NCBI GenBank assembly: GCA_963770565.1 | Contig: CAVYQE010000011.1 | Coordinates: 448,001-512,000, forward strand | Reading direction: 5' to 3' | DNA length: 64,000 nt | From: an uncultured Actinomycetota bacterium | Lineage (GTDB): Bacteria > Actinomycetota > Actinomycetes > JAFAQI01 | In this document: in pieces, positions 56,017 through 64,000 of the stretch | How positions within the stretch are numbered: position 1 is the stretch's first letter | How the letters are laid out: every line of letters begins with the position of its first letter | Position numbers and translations under genes: made by a program | Notes under the pieces: model-generated | Seen by the model: the letters and a program-made list of their open reading frames with translations, nothing else | Databases searched by the model: none | Told to the model about the DNA's origin: nothing

Positions 56017-58746
56017 ATGTCCGCACGCGCTCGTCGGCCGCTGGCCGGCCGGATCGTTCGCACCTGGCTCGGCATGACTGCACTGGTCATGTTCGGAGTC
56101 GCGCCACAGCTCGCGGCCATGGCGAGCGCTTCGCCGGTGGCCGCCGCGGCGTCGGCCGGCGTACCGCTGTGCTTCGGGCACAAGGCGACGATCGTCGGTA
56201 CGTCGAAGGACGACGACATCATCGGAACGCCCGGCAACGACGTGATCGTGGCGCTGGGCAGTGCGGACAGCGTGTTCGGCGGGGACGGCAACGACCTGAT
56301 CTGTGGTGGTAACGGTGACGACACGATCCATGGTGGCAACGGCAACGACAAGATCGACGGTGGCGCAGGCGACGACCAGATCTTCGGCGACGACGGGGCG
56401 GACCTGATCCTCGGCGGGGACGGCCAGGACTTCCTCGACGGCGGCGTGGGCAACGACCGGATCCGCGGCGGGGCCGGCGACGACAATATCCAAGGCGACA
56501 GCGGCAACGACCGCATCACCGGTGGAGACGGCAACGACAACATCGACGGCGGTCTTGGCAACGACGTACTAACCGGCGGCAACGGCCGGGACGAGCTCGG
56601 TGGAAGTCACGGCAACGACGTCATCAACGGCGGTGCGGGCGACGACGACATCAATGGCGACAACGGCACCGACACCATCAACGGTGGCGACGGCGACGAC
56701 TTCGTGTCCGGCGGCAACGGCCGGGACACCATCAACGGTGACGCAGGCAACGATGACCTGAGTGGCGACATCGGCCAGGACGTCATCAACGGCGGTGCGG
56801 GTAACGACTCGATCGACGGCGGTGACGGAGTCGACCAGCTCTCCGGCGGACCTGGCGACGACACCATCCAGGGCAATGACACCTGTGAGTTCTGCCGGCT
56901 CGCGGACGTGCCGACACCGTCGAACAACACGATCGATGGCGGCCCGGGGTCCGACACGGTGGTCCTCATCCGCAACATCAACGAACCGACCGGGCTCAAC
57001 GTCAATCTCGGCACCGGTACGGCGACGGGTGACGGCACGGACAGCCTCGTCGGCATCGAGAACATCGACGCGGACAGCAACGTCAGCAACACACTGATCG
57101 GCGATGCCGGTGACAACACCTTCCATTCCGGCGACGGCGACGATGTCGAGCAGGGGCTCGGCGGGGACGACGTGTTCGTCGCCTCGCCCGGCAACGACAC
57201 GATCGACGGCGGGGACGGCTCGGACACGATCTCCTATGCGGACCAGTTCGTGTCGGGTGGCGCCTTCGTCAACCTGGCGGTCGGGATCTCGCGAGGCGTC
57301 TTCGACCAGGCGACGAGCACCGACACCTTGACGTCGATCGAGAACGCGACCGGATCCAACCAGTCCGACACGTTGATCGGAGACGACGGCCCCAACACGA
57401 TCAGCGGCGGCGAGGGCAACGACGTCATCCGTGGCGAGGGCGGCGACGACGTCTTGCGGGGTGACGAGGGCATCGACCACATCGACGGCGGCGACGGAGA
57501 CGACCTCATCGACGGCGCCGACCCGTTCGAGCGGGCCCACAACACCGCCACAGCGGGCGACGTCGCGGTCTTCACCTCGGCCACGTCGGGCGTGGATGTC
57601 AACCTGACCACCGGGACCGCCACCGGCCAGGGCAACGACACCCTGGTCAGCATCCAGGACGTGGTCGGCTCGGTGTTCGACGACACGTTGATCGGTGACG
57701 ACAACGCCAACCGGCTCAGCGGTCAACCGGGCAACGACATCATCGACGGGATGGGCGGGAACGACGTCCTGGTCGGCGGCGACGGCGACGACGCGTTTGA
57801 CGGCGGTGACGGCACCGACCTGATCACGTTCAACGGGTCGCCCAACCCGGTGGACGTGGACCTCGGGGCCGGCACCATCACCGGCGACGGCAACGACACG
57901 GTGACCAATGTCGAGGACATTCGCGGATCGATCTTCGATGACACCATCGTGGGCGACGACCTGCCCAACGTCCTGATCGGCGGGGCCGGCAACGACACCC
58001 TCGACGGTGCGGGTGGCGACGACGTCCTCGAGGGGAAGACCGGGAACGACACCTTCGACGGTGGCGATGGCGACGACAAGATCTATCCGTCCACCGGCAA
58101 CGACACCGTCGATGGCGGGCTGGGCAATGACCTGTTCGCGGCGTCTCCGGGCAACGACTCGTTCACCGGGGGAGGCGGGGAGGACACCCTCGACGAGACC
58201 AAGGCGCCGGCCGCGATCAATGCAGATCTCCCGGACGGCGTGGTCACCGGTGCAGACACCGACACGGTCTCGAGCGTCTCGGACATCATCGGTACCCGCT
58301 TCGACGACGTACTGATCGGGGACGATACCGACAACGTCCTCACCGGCGGGCCGGGCTCGGACGAGCTGGAAGGAAACGGTGGTGACGACACCCTGATCGG
58401 TGACGCCGGCGCCGACTTCCTCGACGGTGGCGACGGGACCGACACGGTCAGCTTCGTCGACGCACCGAACGGCGTCTCGGTCGACCTGAGTACTGGCGCA
58501 GCCGCGCACGACGGCGGCGACACGTTGGTCGAGGACGAGAACATCATCGGGTCGAACTTCAGCGACCAGCTGCGCGGCGACGACAACCCCAACGTCATCG
58601 AGGGTGGTTTGGGCGATGACACGCTTCAGGGGCTCGGCGGCGACGACACGCTCGACGGCGGTCCGGGCGACGACATCGTCGACGGCGGCGACGGCAACGA
58701 CACCTGCACCGGCGAGCACCTGTTCAACTGCGAGGTCACGACCTGA
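56017..58746 (+). CDS. Secreted RTX/hemolysin-type calcium-binding repeat protein
   Basis: Signal peptide, CFGHKATIVGT module, dozens of GGxGxD nonapeptides, repeated V.V(D/N)L..G...G.G.DT..IE modules. Confidence 0.9.
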   Translation: MSARARRPLAGRIVRTWLGMTALVMFGVAPQLAAMASASPVAAAASAGVPLCFGHKATIVGTSKDDDIIGTPGNDVIVALGSADSVFGGDGNDLICGGNGDDTIHGGNGNDKIDGGAGDDQIFGDDGADLILGGDGQDFLDGGVGNDRIRGGAGDDNIQGDSGNDRITGGDGNDNIDGGLGNDVLTGGNGRDELGGSHGNDVINGGAGDDDINGDNGTDTINGGDGDDFVSGGNGRDTINGDAGNDDLSGDIGQDVINGGAGNDSIDGGDGVDQLSGGPGDDTIQGNDTCEFCRLADVPTPSNNTIDGGPGSDTVVLIRNINEPTGLNVNLGTGTATGDGTDSLVGIENIDADSNVSNTLIGDAGDNTFHSGDGDDVEQGLGGDDVFVASPGNDTIDGGDGSDTISYADQFVSGGAFVNLAVGISRGVFDQATSTDTLTSIENATGSNQSDTLIGDDGPNTISGGEGNDVIRGEGGDDVLRGDEGIDHIDGGDGDDLIDGADPFERAHNTATAGDVAVFTSATSGVDVNLTTGTATGQGNDTLVSIQDVVGSVFDDTLIGDDNANRLSGQPGNDIIDGMGGNDVLVGGDGDDAFDGGDGTDLITFNGSPNPVDVDLGAGTITGDGNDTVTNVEDIRGSIFDDTIVGDDLPNVLIGGAGNDTLDGAGGDDVLEGKTGNDTFDGGDGDDKIYPSTGNDTVDGGLGNDLFAASPGNDSFTGGGGEDTLDETKAPAAINADLPDGVVTGADTDTVSSVSDIIGTRFDDVLIGDDTDNVLTGGPGSDELEGNGGDDTLIGDAGADFLDGGDGTDTVSFVDAPNGVSVDLSTGAAAHDGGDTLVEDENIIGSNFSDQLRGDDNPNVIEGGLGDDTLQGLGGDDTLDGGPGDDIVDGGDGNDTCTGEHLFNCEVTT

Positions 58747-58782
58747 GACCGGCGGGTCGGTTCGCTCGTATCCTGGCCCGAC

Positions 58783-58856
58783 GGTCCCATAGCTCAGTTG
58801 GCTAGAGCGCCTCGCTTACAACGAGGAGGTCGCAGGTTCGAGCCCTGCTGGGACCA
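58783..58856 (+). tRNA. tRNA-Val (TAC)
   Basis: GGTCCCA/TGGGACC acceptor, CCTCG-CTTACAA-CGAGG anticodon arm, GGTTCGAGCC. Confidence 0.94.
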
Positions 58857-59171
58857 CGGGCCAGATCGAGTATTCCCAGCGCACCGAGGAGCACCACCTG
58901 CGCGCGAACACGAGCGTCATACGGAGGAACTGAAGGCGTGGCCCAGATGCCACTCTGCGTCCCCCGCGTGCGGGATCGCCGCAGCGCTGGCCTGATCATC
59001 GATACGACGGGGCACCTCACTGTCGTCCTCGATCGCATCCTCGCCGCCGAGCCCAGCGGCCTCGACCCGCGATAGAGCCGCCCAAGGCTGGTTCACGCAG
59101 CCGTCGAGGCGGCCACAACGGCGGTGGCCATTACCGCGCGCAAGTGCCTCCCGTTTTTGTATTCTTCGGCC

Positions 59172-59975
59172 ATGCGCGGATGGTTGCGACTGCTCGGCGG
59201 CCTCACAAGCGTGGTCGTTGTGCTGGCGACCCTGGTCGCGGCGGTGGGTATTGCCTCGGCGGCTTCGCCGCTGAAAGGCAGGGCTTACAAGGGCGCCGTG
59301 GGAGCGGTCGTGAAGGCGGGCAGGGGCTCGGATTCCGGCTGGACCGGGGCCGCGATCGAGTTCTCCGTCTCCGCCAAAGGCAAGGACGTGCTCCACTTCT
59401 CGATCGCGCACTCGCAGCTACCGTGCAGCCAGGCCGCCTCATACTCCCCTGCCGACGCGGCCAAGGCCCCGATCAAGCACGGGACATTCCGGATCGACAC
59501 GGTCACGAGCAACCACTACGGAGCCGTGATCACCGGCAGGTTTGCCGCTCATGGCAAGGTGTCGGGGACGTTGACGGTCGAGGGCCACAGTCCGTTTCCC
59601 GGCAGCACGATCTGCACATGGAAGTACAAGTGGTCGGCGACCGCCGAGCATAAGGGGGTGTCGTTCTGCCCCGATCTCGGAATCGCACAGAGTGGACCGT
59701 ACGAGACCAACATTGTCGCGACCACGGTGAGCTGCAAGAACGTGGACAAGGCGCTGCGCGCCGGAACCTACAAGCAGACGACCTCCGGCGCGCTGCCGTT
59801 CACCACGAAGGGATGGACCTGCAAGCAGGCCGCCGCCAGCGTGGACACGCAGCCGCAGTACACCTGCTCGCGAAAGCATCCGAAGGCTCACTTCACCTTT
59901 ACCCAGGCGGGTAGCCCCTGCCCGGGCAAGCAGTGCAAGGCACCGCAGGCCGCCGAAGCACGTCGAGCGGCGTAA
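59172..59975 (+). CDS. Hypothetical secreted Lys-rich protein with multiple Cys
   Basis: Signal peptide ending ASA, basic beta-rich mature region with 8 Cys. Confidence 0.7.
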   Translation: MRGWLRLLGGLTSVVVVLATLVAAVGIASAASPLKGRAYKGAVGAVVKAGRGSDSGWTGAAIEFSVSAKGKDVLHFSIAHSQLPCSQAASYSPADAAKAPIKHGTFRIDTVTSNHYGAVITGRFAAHGKVSGTLTVEGHSPFPGSTICTWKYKWSATAEHKGVSFCPDLGIAQSGPYETNIVATTVSCKNVDKALRAGTYKQTTSGALPFTTKGWTCKQAAASVDTQPQYTCSRKHPKAHFTFTQAGSPCPGKQCKAPQAAEARRAA

Positions 59976-60033
59976 CACCTGCGAGGTCCGTGGTCGGCAC
60001 CGCCGAGGGAAGGATCCGGCCGCTCATCGCCAG

Positions 60034-60075
60034 CGGGCGCTACGCCTTGATCGACGGGCGCTACGCCTTGATCGA
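60034..60075. repeat. Perfect 21-bp tandem duplication
   Basis: CGGGCGCTACGCCTTGATCGA twice (60034-60054, 60055-60075), spanning the stop codon of the minus-strand gene. Confidence 0.85.
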
Positions 60076-61407
60076 ATAGTGCACCGTCTTCTTGGTCGTG
60101 CTGCCGTCGGTGTCGACAGCGGTCACGCTGAAGTGGTGCTTGCCGACCTTTGCGGACGAGATCTTGGCGTGGTCGGCCACTGGTCCCTTGCACGACCTCA
60201 GCTTCTGCCCCGGCGCTGCCTTGCACTGGTAGGATGCCTTGATCGTCGAGCCTTTGAGGTAGCTGTGGCCGTCCTTGGGTCCGGTGATCGTTATCGTCGG
60301 CCCCGAGTGCACGCGCTCGGCCTCGTAGTAGAACTCACCGGCTTTCGTGTTGGCGACCCCGAAGATGTCGCCGGCTCCGTCGACGGCCACCGCGGTCGTC
60401 AGGAAGATGCCGGGAGCCGTCGACAACGACTGCAGCGTGCGCAGGCCCGACGCCGGTGTCCAGATCTCTGCGACGCCACCCGATCCCTGATACCCGACGA
60501 CGACGTTGCGACCCACTGCCTGGGCCGTAAAGGTGCTGCTCGCGGGCGCGACATCTGCGACGTGCCCACCGGCGATGTACTCGATCCCGCCCTTGTTGTC
60601 GCCGCGGAATCCGAGAAAATCACCAGCTGAGTCCCAGTACCGGCCGGTCGTTGACGCCTCGAGGTTGGGGCGGTTGTACAACGTGGTGAGCGCCACCGGT
60701 GGGTTCGTCGCCTGCCACTCGACCACCCCAGCCTCGGCCGAGCCCACGTAGATCCCGCCGTCGGTGACGTAGAACGCCTGGGTCGGGTCGGTAGTGGTGC
60801 CGCCGTTCTGACCGATCGTGTGGAGCTTGTCCTTGGGGCCGGTCCCGTCACCCACCGCGACCTGGTACGGCGTTCCGTTGCAGCTCCATCCTTCGTAGCC
60901 CACGATGCGTGCGGCAGGGGAGATCCAGTTGAAGCCGGTCGTCTCGTTAGACGGCCCGCCGCACTTCGCGATCGAGCCGACCGGGTTGACAAACCTCAGG
61001 TGGCCGCTGTGCCAGATGTAGGCGGTGTCACGGCCTAGCGGCGTCAGTTTCGTCCCGTCACTGAGTGCGGTGCCCACCACCTGCCCGTAGTTGTCGATCG
61101 CCTCCGATGGTGCGGCGATCTTGCCGACCCGCTTGCCGGTCCGGGTGTTGTAGACGATGGTGTTGGTGTAGTTGTTCGCGAAGAACGTCCCGTTGCCGCT
61201 CACGATCCCGTACGTCGACGACAGGTCCTTGTCGGGCGCAAAGGTGTGGACCTTGTAGTGCGGAAGCGGCGCCTTCGACCCGGCGAGGGGCGCATGCTGC
61301 GAGGGCGAACCTGCGTCGTAGGTCTCCGACACACCATTCGCCGTCGCGCCGGCGCCGAGGACAACCAGCGCTGTCACCACCGACCCTGCGAGCAGCAGAG
61401 CGCGCAT
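60061..61407 (-). CDS. Hypothetical secreted protein (HAF-like beta repeats plus C-terminal Ig-like module)
   Basis: Signal peptide, AIDNYGQVVG..TAYIW repeat-like segments, C-terminal PTITITGP...Y..G....ASYQC...C...F.VTAVD module. Confidence 0.7.
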   Translation of the reverse strand: MRALLLAGSVVTALVVLGAGATANGVSETYDAGSPSQHAPLAGSKAPLPHYKVHTFAPDKDLSSTYGIVSGNGTFFANNYTNTIVYNTRTGKRVGKIAAPSEAIDNYGQVVGTALSDGTKLTPLGRDTAYIWHSGHLRFVNPVGSIAKCGGPSNETTGFNWISPAARIVGYEGWSCNGTPYQVAVGDGTGPKDKLHTIGQNGGTTTDPTQAFYVTDGGIYVGSAEAGVVEWQATNPPVALTTLYNRPNLEASTTGRYWDSAGDFLGFRGDNKGGIEYIAGGHVADVAPASSTFTAQAVGRNVVVGYQGSGGVAEIWTPASGLRTLQSLSTAPGIFLTTAVAVDGAGDIFGVANTKAGEFYYEAERVHSGPTITITGPKDGHSYLKGSTIKASYQCKAAPGQKLRSCKGPVADHAKISSAKVGKHHFSVTAVDTDGSTTKKTVHYSIKA

Positions 61408-61556
61408 CCCAACCCCCACATCCCGCCGCGCACGGCGTGATCGATCCAGTTGAGGCCCACCTTGTCAGGTCTGCGAGCAGCACGCATCTCAACGTGGACA
61501 AATCACCTGACGATCGAGGACCAAGGCAGTGCTGTGGACGGATTTGGCCCGCGCAC

Positions 61557-62201
61557 TCAGGGGCGGGTGGCCTCGCAGACGAACCAGTCGTGCTCGATCG
61601 GGGTCACGGTCGCCCGCCAGCCCAGCTCCTCCAGCTGCCCGATCAACCGGTCCGGCTCGTAGAAGATCTTGACCAGCTGGTGCTGCGAGCCATCGGCGAG
61701 CGTGCGGGTCGCGACCGTGCCTTCGAGTCTGGTCTCGTGGATCGCGCGGAGCGGTAGCTCGTCGAGGACCAGCACCCGGCCGCCGGGCTTGACCGCCCGC
61801 GCGACGAGGGCCCAGAACTCCGCGAACAGCTCCGGCGGCACGTGCGAGAGCCAGGCGGCGAAGAAGACGACGTCGTACGTCGCCGTCGGCGACCACTCGA
61901 AGATGTCGGAGCACACGAACTCGACGCTCGACCTGGCCAGGCGCTGCTTGGCCAGCGCGAGCATCTCGGGTGCACCGTCGACGGCGGTGAGGGTCTTCGC
62001 GTGCCGTACGAGCTCGACGGTCCAGAGTCCGGTCCCACACGCCAGCTCGAGGACGTCGCCGGTCGCCGCGAGGCGGTCGACGATCTGGGGGACCGAGTCA
62101 CGCTCGCGGGTCAGGACGCCGTAGCTGGTTTCGTCGTACTCGGCGGCCCGGGCCCGGTAGTAACGAAGCTGCCGGTCCATGCGGTCGTCGGTCGGTGGCA
62201 T
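61557..62201 (-). CDS. Class I SAM-dependent methyltransferase
   Basis: YYRARAAEYD, VLELACGTGLWT, VDGAPEML, WLSHVP, VKPGGRV. Confidence 0.9.
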   Translation of the reverse strand: MPPTDDRMDRQLRYYRARAAEYDETSYGVLTRERDSVPQIVDRLAATGDVLELACGTGLWTVELVRHAKTLTAVDGAPEMLALAKQRLARSSVEFVCSDIFEWSPTATYDVVFFAAWLSHVPPELFAEFWALVARAVKPGGRVLVLDELPLRAIHETRLEGTVATRTLADGSQHQLVKIFYEPDRLIGQLEELGWRATVTPIEHDWFVCEATRP

Positions 62202-62212
62202 GGTCGGCCGGC

Positions 62213-63244
62213 TCAGAGCTCCGCCCGCAGGATCGCGGCCGCGCCGGACATCGCGCGCATCTTGCCGGCGGCCGAGTCCCGGGGCAGGTACTTCATCCCG
62301 CAGTCGGTTGCGATCACGATCTGCTCCGGCGGCAGGTAGTCGAAAGCGCGCCGGGTGCGTTCGGCGACCAGCTCCGCGCTCTCCACCTCGGGCGTCGAAA
62401 GGTCGATCACGCCGAGCACGATCGTCTTCTCCGACAGGTCGGCGAGCACGCCGAGGTCCAGACCAGACTGCGCGGTCTCGATCGAGATCTGGTCGGTCGA
62501 GCAGCCAGCCAGCTCGGGCAGGAACGAGTAGCCCTCGGGACGTTCGTGGATGATCGCGGCGTAGCCGAAGCACAGGTGTACGACGGTTGTGCCGGTCACG
62601 CCGTCCAGGGCAGCATTGAGGGCGGCGAGACCGTAGGCGCGCGCGGCGTCCGGACGGGCCTGCAGGTACGGCTCGTCGATCTGTACGATGTCCGCGCCCG
62701 CGGCGAACAGGTCACGGACCTCGGCGTTGACCGCGGCGGCGTACGCCATGGCCGCGGCCTCCGGGTCGGCGTAGTGCTCGATCTGTGCCTGCTGAGACAT
62801 CGTGAACGGCCCGGGCACGGTCATCTTGATCGTGCGGTCTGTGTTGGCCCGCAGGAAGCGGATGTCGTCGACCTCGACCGGATGCGGCCGGTGAATCGGA
62901 CCGACCACGCGAGGGACCGGGTTGGGATGGCCGCTGCGGTCCAGCGCCGTACCCGGGTTGTCGATGTCGACCCCGTCGAGCGCAGTCGCGAAGTGGTTGG
63001 AGTAGCTCTCGCGGCGCATCTCGCCGTCGGTGATGATGTCGAGCCCGGCCTGCTCCTGGGCGCGGATCGCGAGCAGGGTCGCGTCGTCCTGAGCCTGCGC
63101 GAGGTATTCCGGCTCGACCCGCCAGAGCTCCTTGGCCCGCACCCGGGGCGGGAACCGGCCGGCCAGCTTGGCTCGGTCGATCAGCCACTCGGGCTGGGCG
63201 TAGCTGCCGACGAGCGACGTCGGCAGGATGGGGAGCTCAGGCAC
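62213..63244 (-). CDS. Cobalamin-independent methionine synthase-like protein (core/C-terminal MetE fold)
   Basis: LPTSLVGSYAQPEWL, ITDGEMRRESY, QIDEP, VHLCFGY, SIET, ATDCGMKY. Confidence 0.88.
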   Translation of the reverse strand: MPELPILPTSLVGSYAQPEWLIDRAKLAGRFPPRVRAKELWRVEPEYLAQAQDDATLLAIRAQEQAGLDIITDGEMRRESYSNHFATALDGVDIDNPGTALDRSGHPNPVPRVVGPIHRPHPVEVDDIRFLRANTDRTIKMTVPGPFTMSQQAQIEHYADPEAAAMAYAAAVNAEVRDLFAAGADIVQIDEPYLQARPDAARAYGLAALNAALDGVTGTTVVHLCFGYAAIIHERPEGYSFLPELAGCSTDQISIETAQSGLDLGVLADLSEKTIVLGVIDLSTPEVESAELVAERTRRAFDYLPPEQIVIATDCGMKYLPRDSAAGKMRAMSGAAAILRAEL

Positions 63245-63309
63245 GGCGGCCTCCGGTTTGTCCGGGAATCGGTTTGCGGGCCATCATTGCAGGCCTCTGA
63301 CGCGGCGGC

Positions 63310-64000
63310 TCAGGCCGCGGCCAGCTCAGCCGGAAGCGGCTCGCTGTGCACCACGTCCAGCGACGAGACGGCCCGGGTCAGCGCGACGTACAGCCAGTGC
63401 AGGCCGCGGTCATGCGCGCGCACGACCGCCGCCGGTTCGACCACGATCACATGGTCGAACTCCAAGCCCTTGCACAACGTGATCGGGACCAGCTCGACCC
63501 GGGCGTCCATCCCGTCCTCGACCCGCGCGGTCTCGACGCCGGCCCGGGCGAGCGCCCGGCTGGCCTCGGCCAGGTCGCCGGCCGCGGCGATGACTCCGAT
63601 CGAGCCCTCCTGCGCGAGCCGGTCGGTCACCGCCTCGACGACGGTGGCGGGCAGGGATGTCGACGACCGCACGCGCAGTGACGCTGCGGCGTGCCGGATC
63701 GAGATGGCTGGCTCGACGTCGACCGCGAGCGCCGGCAGCAACCGGTTGGCCAGGTCGAGCACCTCCTGCGGCACTCGGTAGCCGCGGGTGAGGGCGACCA
63801 GCGACGCGGCCGGCTTGCCCAGGTGGCGCAGGGTCTCGGGCCAGTTCGCGAGGGCATCGGGCGCGGTCGCCTGCGCGATGTCGCCGAGCACGGTCGCCGA
63901 GCCGGTGTCGCAGCGCCGGCCGAGCGCGCGGCACTGCATCGCGGAGAGGTCCTGTGCCTCGTCGACAACGACATGGCCGTACGACGTGGGTCGCGAGACG
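63310..64000 (-). CDS. HelD/UvrD-like SF1 helicase, C-terminal part
   Basis: YGHVVVDEAQDLS at the window edge, LGDIAQAT, LTRGYRVP, KGLEFDHV, LYVALTRA. Confidence 0.88.
   Translation of the reverse strand, partial: VSRPTSYGHVVVDEAQDLSAMQCRALGRRCDTGSATVLGDIAQATAPDALANWPETLRHLGKPAASLVALTRGYRVPQEVLDLANRLLPALAVDVEPAISIRHAAASLRVRSSTSLPATVVEAVTDRLAQEGSIGVIAAAGDLAEASRALARAGVETARVEDGMDARVELVPITLCKGLEFDHVIVVEPAAVVRAHDRGLHWLYVALTRAVSSLDVVHSEPLPAELAAA

Noticed and set aside
56200-58700. Repetitive GGCGACGAC-type DNA as a CRISPR or non-coding repeat array
   Set aside because: Degenerate in-frame codon repeats of the RTX nonapeptides; no constant repeat-spacer structure
58917-59411. Minus-strand ORF after tRNA-Val
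   Set aside because: Largely overlaps the secreted-protein gene; no motif or SD support

Overview
High-GC actinobacterial chromosome segment (Frankiales/Mycobacteriales-like gene order). The housekeeping backbone runs recO-uppS-glyQS-ppdK-dgt-dnaG-tRNA-Asn/tRNA(CAT), then DUF3145 and aceE-DUF3052-ahpE-tRNA-Val. Accessory genes are interleaved: a complete-looking 4-hydroxybenzoate/protocatechuate (pob/pca) cluster with IclR boxes and a frameshifted ABC binding protein, an ApbE flavinylation module, a GGDEF-PAS-HD-GYP protein, a glycerol-kinase-like operon, two short MetE-like enzymes, an RTX-repeat protein and several unknown secreted proteins. The standout is a retron-type reverse transcriptase (44518-45849). 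It is preceded by a ~160-nt msr/msd-like structured RNA (18-nt terminal inverted repeats, candidate branch G, three hairpins, own -10 box) and has no adjacent effector gene. No CRISPR array, rRNA, integrase or transposase was seen. All calls come from motif recognition by eye; no database searches were run.
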